From NCBI GenBank assembly GCA_964016885.1, contig OZ024751.1, forward strand, positions 8,122,001 to 8,186,000: DNA of 64,000 nt, in the 5' to 3' direction. Each line of letters opens with the position of its first letter. Positions within the stretch are counted from its first letter, which is position 1. The notes under the pieces are model-generated. The model did not search any database, had not been told where the DNA came from, and was given only the letters and a program-made list of their open reading frames with translations. The DNA comes from Eledone cirrhosa. Lineage: Eukaryota. Positions 27,900 through 43,699 of this stretch are shown in pieces. A program made the position numbers and the translations under genes.

Positions 27900-28315
27900 A
27901 ACGAATACCTTTTCAGTGGTTATCTTTACGTGGAGTAACCTTTCTAGTGTAAACATTTCCTAGAGAATAGCTTTTCTGCAAGATAATTTCTACAGTGTAA
28001 CACATTTATAAGACAATTCTTTTTTACAGTATCGTTTTCGCAAACGAAATATTACTAAAGGGAATATTTTCTGAAAGGTAGCTTTTCAAGATGTTACGTC
28101 TGCTGCAGGATAATTTACTACAGCGTAACATTTTTAGAAGATTCATTACATTTTATTTTACAGTATCATTTTCTAAAGGGAATATTTTCTAAAAGGTAAC
28201 TTTTCAAGATGTTAAGTTTTCTGAAGGATAAATTTTCTACAGAGTATATTTTTCATGGGTAACCTTTGATACAATATACCTATTTTTCTCCGGTATCTTT
28301 TCTGCATGGTACCTG
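27900..28315. repeat. Degenerate 16-bp minisatellite with a higher-order duplication of about 118 bp
   Basis: Units such as ttttctaaagggaata, ttttctaaaaggtaac, ttttcaagatgttaag; 28055-28135 resembles 28173-28250. Confidence 0.75.
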
Positions 28316-29542
28316 TTATTTATCGTTCATTAATCGAAGCTGCCCTGTGCGTAGTCAAGATTAAAGTAAAAGAAAGTTATATTGTGGTCCATCTTTTCTT
28401 CCTACGTCGCTTATATTGCAAGGCATTACATCACCCATCCAGTTTAGCTAGATTAAGGAGTTAAAATGAACAAATTGTCTCTCAGAAAATAATTGTTCAT
28501 GAAGTTGTTGTCGTTTTGCAAGACAGTTATTTAGAATTGAACACGGAAATGAAAAGGAGGAAATGTATGTGAATGTGTGTGCGTGCACATATACACACAA
28601 ATCCACACACTCATATTCACACAACAAACGCATACACAAATACACTTATATATATATGTATCTATGTAGGTATCTGTGTGTGTTGTGTGTGTGTACGTGT
28701 GTGTGTTGTAGCTGTGTATCGAAATAGATGGACAAATGCAAATTTAACCATATCTAATTAAACGAGACATTGACACATACCGAAAAGCAAAAATTGCAGT
28801 TTTCAATTTTTAGCAAAATTCGTGTCAAAAGAATTGTTCAAATTTAAATCAATATTTTACCTCTTTTCTTATTTTCTTTATGATTTTACTTTAGATTTCT
28901 TCACTATTTAAAGCAACCGTTTTGTTGATTGAGATATGAAGTCTATGCATTGATTTGCTTTCTTTCGCCATATATCTTTGTAGTTATTTTATTTGTTTTT
29001 CGTATTTGGTTCTTTTTTTCTATCATGGTAAATGTAGTAAAATACGAAGTTTTATCGAGAATCATGTTGACGTGTATATATATTTCGCTTTTCAGAAGCA
29101 CCGAAGCATTTTAAACATCAAAATTGATTAAGCTGCCATTAATATTTGGTGATAATGTATAGTGACATTTGAGAATTCATTGAAGAAAAGGAACATTTCA
29201 ACCATCAGTTTTACTCTCTTTCTATTAGATTAGCTTCTTTCTAGTAGATATTTTCTGTTCGTTTTCTTTTGTTTCTCATATATTCTCATTAAACGTCATC
29301 CTTAACTAGACTATTTAACGGAATTTATCAGAAAAAAAGTATTTGTGCGCAGACATTTATGCAAGACGCAATTTCATCGTTACAATCAATATCTGAAACA
29401 CGAATTAATCCGGCTTCTATTTAAACATTTATTTATTTGATGTATCCAGGTTGTAATATTTAACTGCAATATTATTTACACTGACCAAACTAACTTTATT
29501 TTAGTGTTAACAGTCATATTGCTTTTTATTATATCAAACTAG

Positions 29543-29752
29543 AGGGGGTACTTTGGTAGTATCGGTAGAGTGTTGGACACCATGCTTTAAGCAAATAGTT
29601 ACATCCCTTTACGGTATGAGTTCAAATCCCGCCGAGGTTAGCTTTGCTTCTCATATTTACGGGATCGATAAAATAAAGAAGTAATAATGCACTGGATCAT
29701 ATGTTCCCTACCCAAAAAATTGCTGGCCTTCCGCCTATCGTAGAACTCGTTA
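29543..29752 (+). mobile_element. Octopus-type tRNA SINE
   Basis: gagttcaaatcccgccgagg and SINE core. Confidence 0.82.
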
Positions 29753-30254
29753 TATTAAACTAATATGCTTAAATCTCAATAACTTAGATATACTAAGCTT
29801 GTTAAATAAAACAACTAGCCCAGCATATTATTTTGCAAACGGCATAGAACCATTGTTGACATTGGCCAATATGTCATATGATCAAATGCATGCGTCGCTT
29901 ATGATTTAGATAACTTAGTCTACATAATTCATTGTGCACGCCATGGTTTCACTATGGTAGATTGTCACGTAATTGTCATTCTACTGACGATTTCAGCAGT
30001 CTAGCAAATACATATATGTGCATTCAATTGCCTATATACAAATACATTAAATATGAATCCATAAATATTCCAGGTCTCTCTCATCAGAACTCAGCTACTT
30101 AGAATTCCCTTCCTAAACATTTGAACATTCCTGAAAGAATAGGGTTTGACCTATTCAAAGCGAAATCCAAACAGTCCCACGTCATAGGTTCCGAATGCTA
30201 TGAATACAATCCCTGATTGCGCAACAACTATAACTAAAGAACTAGTTGATATAA

Positions 30255-30562
30255 TCCTCCCCAACATCATCATTATCATCAGCATTCTCCTCATCCCCAG
30301 CATCAACATTCTCGTCATGATGATGATGATGATCATCATCATTACCATCAACATTCTCGTGGTCATTATCATATATCATCATCAACACCACCACCATCAT
30401 CATTTTTATCATCATCGACCATCATCATCATCATAAACATCATTCTCATCATCATTATCATCACCCTCATCATCATCATTATCATCATCATCATCGTCAT
30501 CATCATCAACATCATTCTCATCATCATCATCAACACCACCAGCACCACCTTGTGTATCATCG
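30255..30562. repeat. (CAT)n-rich low-complexity tract
   Basis: Directly visible. Confidence 0.9.
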
Positions 30563-32159
30563 TGCTATATATAGTTACAAACGATCGAAAGGTTTAGCTG
30601 TATGACTCGTGCAGAGAACAAATAGATCTGCCTTCCCCTACTCCTAACATTCAAATAGCCTGAACATCCCATAAACTTTGTCCATTCTTAATAATATATT
30701 TTATGAAATGTTTATATCGTTCTTCAACAGAAACATACATTTGAACCCCGCCTCACACACACACTACAAAAAGCTCAGACGCATACACATGCACACACAT
30801 AACATATATGTAAACATATATAGACGCTCATACACATAAACACACACATATACGCACATACACATAAACATATGCACATATATATACACACACATACACA
30901 TACTCACACATACGCATACACACACAATACACACATACACATACACACTTACACATAACAATATACACATACACATACTCACACATACATACACACACAT
31001 ACATACTATCCAGTCCAGAACAAATATATTATGTGCGTTCTATTCAAGAATGACTGTTCAGACATGTTTATACACCTTGCCATGAAAGTGTTGAGGGAAT
31101 AATGATTTTAGATTACTAAATAAATTAAGTGCTCTCAATGTTTTTCCTTCTTTCTCATATTAAAGTGTTTTTGTTTGTTCATGTTTGGAGGGTTTTTTCT
31201 GCTTTCATTTCCTGCACGTCTACAAGTTTCTTTGTAACACAATACAATAAGCAGCAACATTGAAGTCTTATTTTAGGAGTAGGGTCTACGTTAACAGTAA
31301 ATGTAGTTAATGGTTTTATGTTGTTCTTTCCATGTTGATGGAGAAATAAGCTTTAATTACACAGAATCTTTTTTACGAGTAATTGCAAGAATATAATTCT
31401 GATCTACACGTAAATTTATTTATTATATATATTGTTGTTGTTTTGTTGTTAACATATCAACAATGATATCCATTGAAAACGCCATTTCTTTCTCCTTTGC
31501 TATATTGAACCTTATCAGATATAAATATACGAAAATAGAGAAATGTTTGAAAGGAAAACCTATAATAAAGCATTAGTGCTACTCTACTGTGTATACATGT
31601 CTGTTTGCTGTACAATATTTCATGAAACTACATTTACGTCAATGCTTTGTCGTAGTTTAAGGTGACGTGATTACAACTATCAAAAGTTAATGTATTTTCT
31701 ACAAGATACACGAGTAATTTGCTTGGGTTATAACAATATGTTCGATCGTCTGTATTATACAGACTAGTAATTATTTTATCGCTCATGCAGCTATAATCGT
31801 GTGTTGCATGTAAAATACGAAATTGAAGTTGTAGTATGATTTCTTTTCGTCAAATGTGTTACGTCTGGGAACGATGAATGTAAAACAAGAGAAATACAAA
31901 CATGTAAATAAAAAACCTGTCCTTATATTACAATATTTCTCCATTAATAATTACACAGTTTGGTATTATTACTTGTTATTATTTTTTAATCCACTCTCTG
32001 TCTGGGTTCTTCGGTCCACATAACGTCCAAATGATTATGATGAAAAATATTTAACGTGATGTATATTCAGCATCTATTTCTTGCACGTCAAATGGCGCTG
32101 TCAAATATCTATCGCTGTCAATTTTATTGAACGAGACGTGTATTTCTGTTAAGAAAATA

Positions 32160-32340
32160 TAATTGTTTCTACTTTTGGCACAGGGCCAGCAATTATTCCA
32201 ATGCATTACTGGTGCTATATTTTATCGAGCCGTAAGTATGAAAGGCAAAGTTAATCTCGGCGGGATTTTAACTTAAGCCGTAAAGAGCCATATCTCTATG
32301 CTGCAAACATGTTGTCTGACGTTCTACCGATACTGCCAAA
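32160..32340 (-). mobile_element. Octopus-type tRNA SINE
   Basis: Reverse complement of the SINE consensus. Confidence 0.82.
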
Positions 32341-32399
32341 TAAAAACAGTATGTAGTTATACTTACTGGTCTTTGTCTAGATAAATGTCAGTGTACCAT

Positions 32400-33030
32400 T
32401 TAATAACAAGAACTTGGTTTATTTAATAAAATTGTTTTAAAAAGTTCAGGTCAGATAAGTGTGGTCTCATATATCGATTTGTACACGCCTTATTGATAAC
32501 TGTGTATGAATATCGATTTGTTCTGAATGGTTTTCGGAACATGCTCTGTCCCTGTCTTGCTTAATACAATTCTGCAACTACATTTTTGCATCCTAATTAT
32601 TCAATGTTATAGATAACAATGCACCTAATGCCAATTTATCGATTTTCTATTTCCGATAAGTCTATTACTCTCTGCATTATCATTCACGCCTGATGACCCA
32701 AAGTTTTTGATAAGGCTTTCTGAAGTTCAATATTTCGAAGCAATAAAAGATCACGGATTGATGTGAGGTAGACAACGAGAGGGAGTTAACGTGAAATGAG
32801 TGCATAATACATTTTCTTTGAACACTCGTATGATATACACCAAGGGGGGCATATCAATAGATATTATAGCTAAAGCTATGTGTAAAACTGATGATAGAGC
32901 TATAATGAGTTAACCTATCAAACCACTCGACTTTAGAAGTTATCAAATCGGTGGATATGCTGATTTGAATATTCTTCTCAACTCATCTTTGATCAGGTTT
33001 GCTGAATAACATTGTATGATAAGTCTTATG
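32400..33030 (-). mobile_element. Possible old CR1/L2-like RT remnant
   Basis: Faint motifs ELQKAL..GSSGVND and GDRACSEN in the expected order, with many stops. Confidence 0.3.
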
Positions 33031-33084
33031 TAAATTAATCTGAGCGTAGTTTTAATGTGGCTATCAACATCCTCGCTGCATCTG

Positions 33085-33237
33085 TGACTACTACTACCAT
33101 TACTGCTGCTGCTGCTGCTACTACTACTACTACTACTAATAATACTACTAATAATACTAATAATAATGATACTGCTTCTGTTGTTGCTCCTGCCACGACT
33201 ACTACTAATGTTGCTGCTGCTCCTGCTGCTACTGCTG

Positions 33238-33291
<54 letters not shown>

Positions 33292-33445
33292 TTATTACTA
33301 CTACTACTACTACTACTACCACTGCTGCTGATGTACTACTGCTGCTCATACTACTACTACTAGTAGTACTATTATTGCTGCTACTACTACTACTCCAGCT
33401 GCTGCGTGCTACTATTATTACTACTGATGTTGCTACTACTACAAC
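33085..33445. repeat. (CTA)n/(CTG)n microsatellite
   Basis: Directly visible. Confidence 0.92.
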
Positions 33446-34814
33446 CAGGATAAATGAAATAGTTTAGTACTAATTCTGAATAAATAAATAAAACAAACCT
33501 GAAGGTGTAGAACAGCTGACTATTACATATTCCTAGTAATATAAACTTCTATATACTTTTTTGCGATTAAGAAAAAAACAACAAATTGTATATTGTTATA
33601 TTTGGAGACGGCGATATTACTTCCTAATATTCTCAAAAATTACCAAAACACACTCACTGTTTGGTTTGGTTTTCGCTTACGTATATTGTTACATTTTTAT
33701 ATTTCTATAACTATCAAAAACCTTGCAAAACAAATACATCACCGCAATAAATTATATATCTTGGCTGAAGTGTAGCGATGTAATTTCTCGTTGATAACAT
33801 TGGGAAAGAGCCGGTGGGTATATGTGTCTGTGTCAATAGCTTATAGTTAAGAATTCTATAATATTTCTAAACGTTTGGTGCAATGGAAAAGACGGTTACC
33901 TTGTTTAATATAAGATGTAAGTAGTTATATATATATTTTTCTCTCGCTCCTTTTTCCTTCCTCAATACTTACAATAGTTATTGACACAATGGGGATAGAT
34001 AGGTTGTCTTTAATGCGTTGAAATGTCAGAGATCCCCAGCAGACAACTGAAGAGGGTACCTGTCCTTTGTTTATGCTTTTATTTTATTTCTAAATACATG
34101 TGTGTGTGTGTGCGTGTGTGTGTATACGTGTTTGTGTGTGTGTTTGCATGTGTGTGTGTGTGCGTGTGTTGCAGTATATCTTTCATATATTTAATGGATC
34201 ACAGACATTAAGTATACTTCTTCTGTTAAGAATCAATGATACTTCTTTAATCAGCATATCACAAATTGAAGATAAACAAATTTATAATCGACTCGACTTC
34301 TGTTATTATGTATAGAAATTGTGTCTGTTAAATTACTTTCGCAGAAAAAATATATGTACATTTATCATTTTTCAGTTGAAAGCACGTCATATCTTTAATG
34401 TATGCTAATTGTTTTAGAAGAAGGCCTGAGACTTCTAAGTGAGTGCTGTAAGAAATATAGATTTTGGTAATGTGAAATTATATTTAATGCTGCTTGGAAT
34501 TGAATTCACTATAAAATATTGCAGTCGGTCGAGCAATTTACATATTAGTGCCAATTAAGAAATTGATTCTGTCAGTTGTGTGTGTGTCCTCGAAGAGGAA
34601 ATGCAAGTGACAAGAATTTTAATTAAATCCTGTGTGTAAACCACTGAATTCGAAGATAAATTTGAACTGTAACTAATGCAATATCTCAATTAAATATTGT
34701 AGTAATAAAAATACGAGTTATTGAGGGAGTCAAGTCCGGTTTCAATTCCCATTGTCGGTTTACTTCTTTACTAAACTATTTTATTATCTATCCTAGTAGT
34801 AGTAGTAGTAGTAT

Positions 34815-34850
<36 letters not shown>

Positions 34851-36569
34851 TTCTAATATGTTCTGTATTGTTTTAGATTAGAATAGACCCACCCCGGGCA
34901 AGTATCATACTTTTTTGAGTCTGGGTAATATGTAAACACACATACACGTGCGCGCGCGCGCACACACACATATATATATATATATATATGTGTGTGGGTA
35001 GTTGCGTTTGGAACCCTCTAAGAAATGTACGTCAATACTCATCTTTTTCCATTTCTACTATTTCTATTTGCAAAACTCGCTCGCTGTTTCAATACATAAT
35101 TATATATATATTTTTGTTTTACTCCAAAAATTTGTTGAGTGCTTTATATCAGTTATAAAAATAAAAAAATATGTGCTTGTTGTATCCCAACAAATTAAAT
35201 ATAACTTCTACACACACACATATATATATAGTTATCTGTTTTACATGTATTACGCAATCTCTAGGTGTGGTATGCATTTTCTGGTGTAGTGTTTGTTGTT
35301 TATTTCGGAAATAAATATACATAAAGTATTTTCTCCGAGGGGCTGTGTCACTAGTAATAAACATTATTGTTAAAGCAACGGTATCTTTAAATTCGCGAAG
35401 AGTTTAATGATTTACAATGCAAAATGCCTGGGTTAACAGCATTGTTAATTATGTTCCTTTCATATAAATATATTTACATACTTCTGTTCATTCATACGTA
35501 ATTACCGATGTTTCTCTCGACTATAAAGTCTCCTTAAACTCAGCACTTGAAAGTGGTTACATATTAGTTTAAATGTGAGATAATTTATAAACAGATATAG
35601 ACGAAAAGAGCTGTTTCAAAACAAACGTGTTGGTGGTAATCTTAAATCTAATTATATGTTCTCCATGAATGATTGAAGAGCGGTTTTATTCATGCGAAAA
35701 ACATTGATGGTACAAGATAGTGAATACGGTAATGAATAAGTAAAGATAGCTGGTGTGCTCTATAACAAAAGTAATGATGGGGAAATAGCAATGGAAATAT
35801 CACAGAAGACTTTAAATACCGGAGTAAATTTCATAAAATATTTAATTTCCTTTCACTAACCACCGATTTCATGTCAAATCAGAGTAGGCCTTGCTTATAT
35901 TCCTTCTATAATCGATTACATATTTATAGAGTTGATTCAATTAAGGATAACCTCTACTCGCTATTGCGATCAACTATTTAGTGGATTACCACTCTGTTTG
36001 CGTTGTTGCTGTTGTCATTGTTCACCTCTAAGTCACACCTGATTCAACAGATCCCTGATAAAACTTTCCAATCATGATTATCTTGACTATTACTCAGGAA
36101 TACTGTTATTATATTCTGGAATATAGTACCCGCTGTCTCATCGTTTTGCCAATAGTATGGTTATTTTCAGGGAAATGTTGCTTCTATTTATTCCAGAACC
36201 CGAGAATACATACATGTTTGCCCGAGAGAAACTGTACACGCTCTAGCAAAACAAATCATCCGGTGATAGTTAGAAATGGTGAATGTATAAATAACTATAT
36301 AAATATAAATACAAGTTTTATAAAAAGTGGTTATACTTTATATTCAGACATGTATTTTACAAGTTACCATATTAATGTTTGCAATATAGCCTTTTTAATA
36401 AACCCATGATATGTGATAAATGCATTTAAGGCTAAATGCCATAACATTACATTGTGTATGTCTCTACGGCAGTGAGGTGGATCACCTCAACATCTAGTTA
36501 GTGTCTACCTATGTTACACTAAAATGAAGTTGTATTAATCTCGTTTGACAAGTAAAGGGTGATATACTG

Positions 36570-36753
36570 ACGTGATGGATTGGCTGTATCGGTAGAAGTT
36601 CGGAGGCCATGCTTTGCAGCATAGGCCATTTGCGTTCTGATTTCAAATCCCACCGAGGTTAACTTTATTTTCATCATTACGTGGTCGATGAAATAAAACA
36701 CTAGTAATGCATCGGGATAATTGCTGGCCTTGTGCCAAAAGTAGAAACAAATA
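36570..36753 (+). mobile_element. Octopus-type tRNA SINE
   Basis: Head, core and tail tgccaaaagtagaaac. Confidence 0.8.
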
Positions 36754-37276
36754 TTTTGGGTGAAGAGGTTTTCCCGATACATTTAGTGATGCAGTCGTTA
36801 TAAATAAGCATCGGTCTAGGTGACCTATGATGAGAGCAAATCTTTAAAACTAGTGTTCCACTCCATCTATACCATGCTATATACTTGTTGTATGTTTATT
36901 TTACCTTCCCTATTTCTTTGTAGGAGTGCGTATTGTTTATGTAAGTGTCTGTATATATAATTCAATGTAACTGAATTCTGATTATCTAGCTTCGTCTTGA
37001 TTGCTAGATAGATAGTCTTTAGACAAATGTCGCACATATTGATGTGAGGGACATTATGAATATGGCGTGGATTGTTCTGATTTCGATTTTTTTTTGCATT
37101 AAGGACGTGTAGTGCTCACGTGTAGTGTTCATGGAATTATATATATATATAAATACATATATATATACACAGGTAGTTTTAGTGTCCTGACATTTGTTTG
37201 TGGCTGACGCGAAGGTTGTCTTGCAATGTATATACGTACACATATATTCATATTTATTTATTTAACACACACACAA

Positions 37277-37344
<68 letters not shown>

Positions 37345-37348
<4 letters not shown>

Positions 37349-37545
37349 AAAAAAGAGGGTGTGGTAAGGTACCAGATGGACCATAATACACCAGAGTACA
37401 CAATACTTAGGGTAGTAGAGTGGGTAATAGGAAAAGAGTCAGGAACCCGGCAGCTGAACTCCTTACGTTTCGACAGCTAGATCCAAAGAGTTGGGATCTA
37501 GCTGTCGAAATGGCTGGAGTCAGCCGTTGGGCTCCTGACGCTTTT

Positions 37546-37550
<5 letters not shown>
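37345..37550 (-). mobile_element. Hairpin PLE-terminal stub, family H copy 2 (divergent)
   Basis: Hairpin 37427-37550 plus the shared tail; (TA)n on both sides. Confidence 0.78.
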
Positions 37551-37588
<38 letters not shown>

Positions 37589-37649
37589 AATTAATATATC
37601 TACCGACATATGTATACAGATGCATACCTACGCTAGCAGATATATATGT

Positions 37650-38099
37650 TTTGTCTTAGTAACTTTGTAGTTCTATGCAGGGGAATGCAGAACAATTATA
37701 TGAAAGACGTAAATAAGAAAGTTATGAAAATTGACTTACTTACTAAAATTTCACTCCAACTAATTAGTTTCTGTAAGGGGATAAATACAGTTATGTAATA
37801 CCTGTAGAGAAGCCTTACGTCATCAGGGAGTCTATTCTCAGCTAAGCCACCAGGCAATGTGGGGACACTGGAAGCTTATATAACAATAATTCACGGGATG
37901 GAAAAAAGCGAAAAAAATCGAGCGAGGCTAGATTCTAAGCACTGAAAAATTCGCTGCCTCCTTGGTCAAGTAGCAAATTCAGAAGAATTAATCACGTGAC
38001 ACTGAGTTTAACCAGCTTGGAGTGGGGGTGCTATTAACTAATTAGTTGGAGTGAAATTTTAGTAAGTAAGTCAATTTTCATAACTTTCTTATTTACGTC

Positions 38100-38108
<9 letters not shown>
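37650..38108 (-). mobile_element. PLE terminal stub with an inverted 5' arm
   Basis: Arms 37697-37769 and 38036-38108 are reverse complements. HHR lies inside. Confidence 0.8.
37753..37831 (-). ncRNA. Canonical type I hammerhead ribozyme
   Basis: actcc-CTGATGA-c gtaagg...ccttac a-GAAA-ctaattag-TT-ggagt. Intact core, palindromic stem III, GUU triplet. Confidence 0.85.
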
Positions 38109-38174
<66 letters not shown>

Positions 38175-38389
38175 CGTGCATGTGTGTGTGTGTGCGCGTG
38201 TGTGCATGTGTGTGTGTGTACATGTGTGTGTGTGTGCGTGCGCGTGTGTATATACACGTGTCTGTGTTTGTGTGTGTATATGCAGTAGCTCAGGTGTAAG
38301 TACTGCAGCATTGTATATATATTTTGGTTTATTTCACTTCCATTTCAATTACGCACTATAGGCATTACCTCACTCTTCGCAAGTGATGA

Positions 38390-39800
38390 TATTTAAATTA
38401 GCTTTTGAAAATCCTCTAACGTATGTGCAAGATATAAATTCATAGCAGATCGAATACGCATGCCAAAATAATAATCTTTAGAATTCTCGACAATATCATT
38501 AATATCAGATACACATTTTATACTTGCATATTTATCCAAAAATATTTGAGTTGTGAAAAACAAATATTGTGTAGGTGTATATAAGAGTGATATCTGACAC
38601 ATAACGCGTGATTCTAATTTGAAGGAATTAATATATGAAAAATGTTGGATTGCATTACTTTCCTGAATCTATTGGACACGCTAATTGAGTTATAAAACCT
38701 GTAATTGAGACTCTTAAATGTCACAAACGTGGAGCAATATAATTGACTCGACAAATACCTACGCTGTCGAAAAAGACACGATTTCAGCAAAATAATTATA
38801 GGTGTTCGACATATCTGGAAATAACCATCTATTTCTTTCCGGAGAAAATTCCATTCACGTGATGTAGAACGCAAGAGGGAAGCGGATAACAATCGCATTA
38901 TACTACCGTCAATCCAATATTAAAGCCTTACGTTGCAAGTAATGTGTAAGCGAAAGCTATCAAAGGAATTTGATGGATATTTGTATAATACGATAGAATA
39001 TTTTTCAATTTGCATATTTCGCGGGTACAGTATAAAATAAAACATACTCTACACACAATATTACTATTTTTTTTATAGTGTATACATTTGTACATAATTT
39101 ATTACATTTTGTTTTTGAAATCATAAACATAACGTATGAAGCTAAAAGGAATGTAACAAAATATTACAATATCCAGAAAAGAACCCAAATTTGATTAAAC
39201 ATCATAAATAATGTTTTCCGTCATTTACTCTTGTGGATGGTTCACGATGATATAAATTTCCCATATTTTCTTGAAAGGAAAAAAATACTAAATCTATGGG
39301 GAATGCTGCTTTCGAATTCTTTGAACTACTACGATTAACAATAAATAAATATGTACAAATTTGTTAGCTTCTAAGTTAAGGATAAATACGAGTAGCATAA
39401 ACAGTAAAATATACAATTTTGTATAAATAAATCAACGTAGCTTTATATTGAATCTCCCATTAGAATTCAAAGAATGCTTAAATTCAAGAACAGGAAATAT
39501 TTTATTCAAATGCTGAAGGAGATACGCGATCTCTCTATACATATCACTGACAAGTATCATTATGTTTTATTTTATTGTCTTCATAATTTAAAGTGTAAAT
39601 CAATCATAGTAAACTCTAATCTGAGAAAAGATTTACGAAAAGTTCTCTTCATAGTTGATCAAAATTAGAAATTATATTCATTGGATAACACAGGAACTAT
39701 CATTATCACACATTGTTATTCAGAAAGCATCACCAACCAATAATAATATTGTTTTCAACACACATTAAGTTTTATCTAAAGAATAAATCTAATTAACTCA
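38390..39800 (-). mobile_element. Highly decayed CR1-like LINE RT/3' region
   Basis: LES R.YVSDITLIY and DYYFGMRIRSAMNL..AHTLEDFQKLI resemble CR1 C-terminal motifs. Confidence 0.5.
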
Positions 39801-39913
39801 ACACCTGAAAAATTAGTTTTCACTCAGAACACAATGACATTTTCTGCTGAAAATGTTGCTGCTGTGTTTTGCAGTTTCCTCTAATGTATATATTAAATCT
39901 TCTCGTAACATTC

Positions 39914-39981
<68 letters not shown>

Positions 39982-40085
39982 GTGTGTATGGGTGTACGAT
40001 TATGTATTTATGTATGTATATGTGTGTATGTAATATGTGCATAATATATATATATATAAATTATATATATATATATATATATATC

Positions 40086-40858
40086 TAGGGCGGGTAAAAT
40101 TCACGAGATCCATGGACGAGTTCTCTCCAGCGGTCTCTGTCCCTCATTATTGCTGCCATGTCCTGCCTCTCTAACAGACCAGTGTCTGTCCCTAGGGCAT
40201 CAACATACGTTAATCTTGGTCTTCCTCTTCCAGTGTGTCCATGTAAGGGCTCCTAAAGGAGCACTGAGTGCAATGTCAACTCTGGATGTCGGTGAGCATG
40301 TCCAGCTGACCTCACTCCTCTGTGTCACTTTTGAGCTGACTTTTGGGAGGCTCCCATACAGCTCTGAGTTTTTCATCCTCAGTGTATACTGATGAATGTT
40401 CAGAGCCATCCTCAGCATTCTCGTGTAGCACCCATCCACCATCTGAGTGAGTTTCCTGGTCAGTGTCCAAGTCTCAGACCCGTATAGCAGCACAAACACC
40501 ACTACAACAATGAAGAGGCGGATTTTCAGGTATTTACGAAGGTCCGGCTCCCACACCGATCTCAAGCTGTGGCACACCGCCCAGGCTTTACTCTTCCTCT
40601 CAACCACATCATCTGCCGTATTCCAAATCTTTGCTTCCAAATACAGGAAGTCCTCAACCAATTCTAGCAGCTTCCCGCCTACATTAGTGATCCCCTCTGG
40701 CTTCTCAACATTCTCTACCAGATATTTTGTTTTAGTCTCATTCATTCTAAGCCACACACTCATCACACAGTCTCAACCTCCTGCATCAAATCCACTGCCT
40801 CCTTCACTGTCTTTGTCACCAAAACTATGTCGTCGGTGAATTCAGCATCTGATACATT
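40086..40858 (-). mobile_element. RTE-X-like LINE 3' fragment
   Basis: DAEFTDDI, VEDFLYL, LKIRLF..VLLYGSETWTLT..VDGCYTRMLRMALN. Confidence 0.88.
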
Positions 40859-40859
40859 T

Positions 40860-42721
<1,862 letters not shown>

Positions 42722-42735
42722 ATATATATATATAT

Positions 42736-43413
42736 AATAAATGTTATTTGAGTTTTTCAAATACTAATAATAATATTCGATTCGTTTTTAATTGTGCCCA
42801 CAAGCCTCATTTTTAAAGCCATGTCATTCTTGCTCTTGTGTTGCCACGTAAGCAGAGCTGCAGACACTAATCTTTCTGGGTATCATCCTTCATCAGTACA
42901 GTTCACTGTTCCCCTGCCAACTGTTAGAGCTAGAGAAAATATATAATATTTTCTAAAATATATAGTGACTGATCGGCCTAATTTTCATATTAGCAGACTG
43001 GCTGAACCGTCAGATCTGTATATTAGAAGATCCACTGTTCACCTGTTAATCTTCACTGGCCAGTGGGCTGATATGCAAATCTGGCTAATCAATGGATCTC
43101 CTAATATGCTGATCTGACTGATCAGAGAGTCTGCTAATATGCAAATCAGGCCGATCAGTCACTGTATATTTTAGAAAATATCATATATTTTCACTCGCTC
43201 TGACAGTTGGCATGTGAACAGTGAACTGTACCCAGACACATTAGTGTCTGTAGTTCTGTTTACAAGCCAACACAAGAGAAAGACCGTGTGGCTCATTCTA
43301 CTGACATGGCTTTAAAAGTAAGGCTAGTTTGCATAGTTGCAAACGAATCGAATATTATTATTAATATTTCAAAAGCTCACATTACATTTATTGTATTCAG
43401 CCATGTAGGGTGA
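42736..43413 (+). mobile_element. Fold-back PLE terminal stub, palindrome of about 650 bp
   Basis: Arms 42736-43037 and 43090-43392. HHR at 42858-42901 on the minus strand; its core is deleted in the right arm. Confidence 0.75.
42858..42901 (-). ncRNA. Hammerhead ribozyme motif
   Basis: ctgta-CTGATGA-agg..cca-GAAA-gattagtg-TC-tgcag. Confidence 0.7.
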
Positions 43414-43437
43414 ATATATATATATATATATATATAT

Positions 43438-43686
43438 ATAGCGGTAGAACACTGGAAGGTAATATCCGTAGTGGCATAGCACTCAATCCATGGGACGAGC
43501 TAGGTAAAAGTGGTTACACAACAGTTAGTTCACCATACCGAGAACAATTGTTTCACCTTAGCGGATGCTCAGCTTGGAATATAGACAATGTGTTGGTCCC
43601 ATTCCTCCAAGATACATATAGTAGGATCCGCTAAGGTGAAACAATTGTTCTCGGTATGGTGAACTAACTGTTGTGTAACCACTTCT
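43438..43686 (-). mobile_element. Terminal stub of the 5442 Naiad family with an inverted arm
   Basis: Homologous to 5442-5570. Arms 43509-43566 and 43626-43683. Degenerate HHR at 43540-43575. Confidence 0.85.
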
Positions 43687-43699
43687 ATATATATATATA

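Noticed and set aside
33035-33467. Mucin-like poly-Thr ORF
   Set aside because: It is a translation of a (CTA)n/(CTG)n microsatellite with no credible gene context.
38370-39800. Class A GPCR pseudogene on the minus strand (LSVICIER, LDIVIFCYIPF, IRFPLAFY, NHA)
   Set aside because: The motifs come from different frames of AT-rich DNA. CR1 C-terminal motifs explain the region better.
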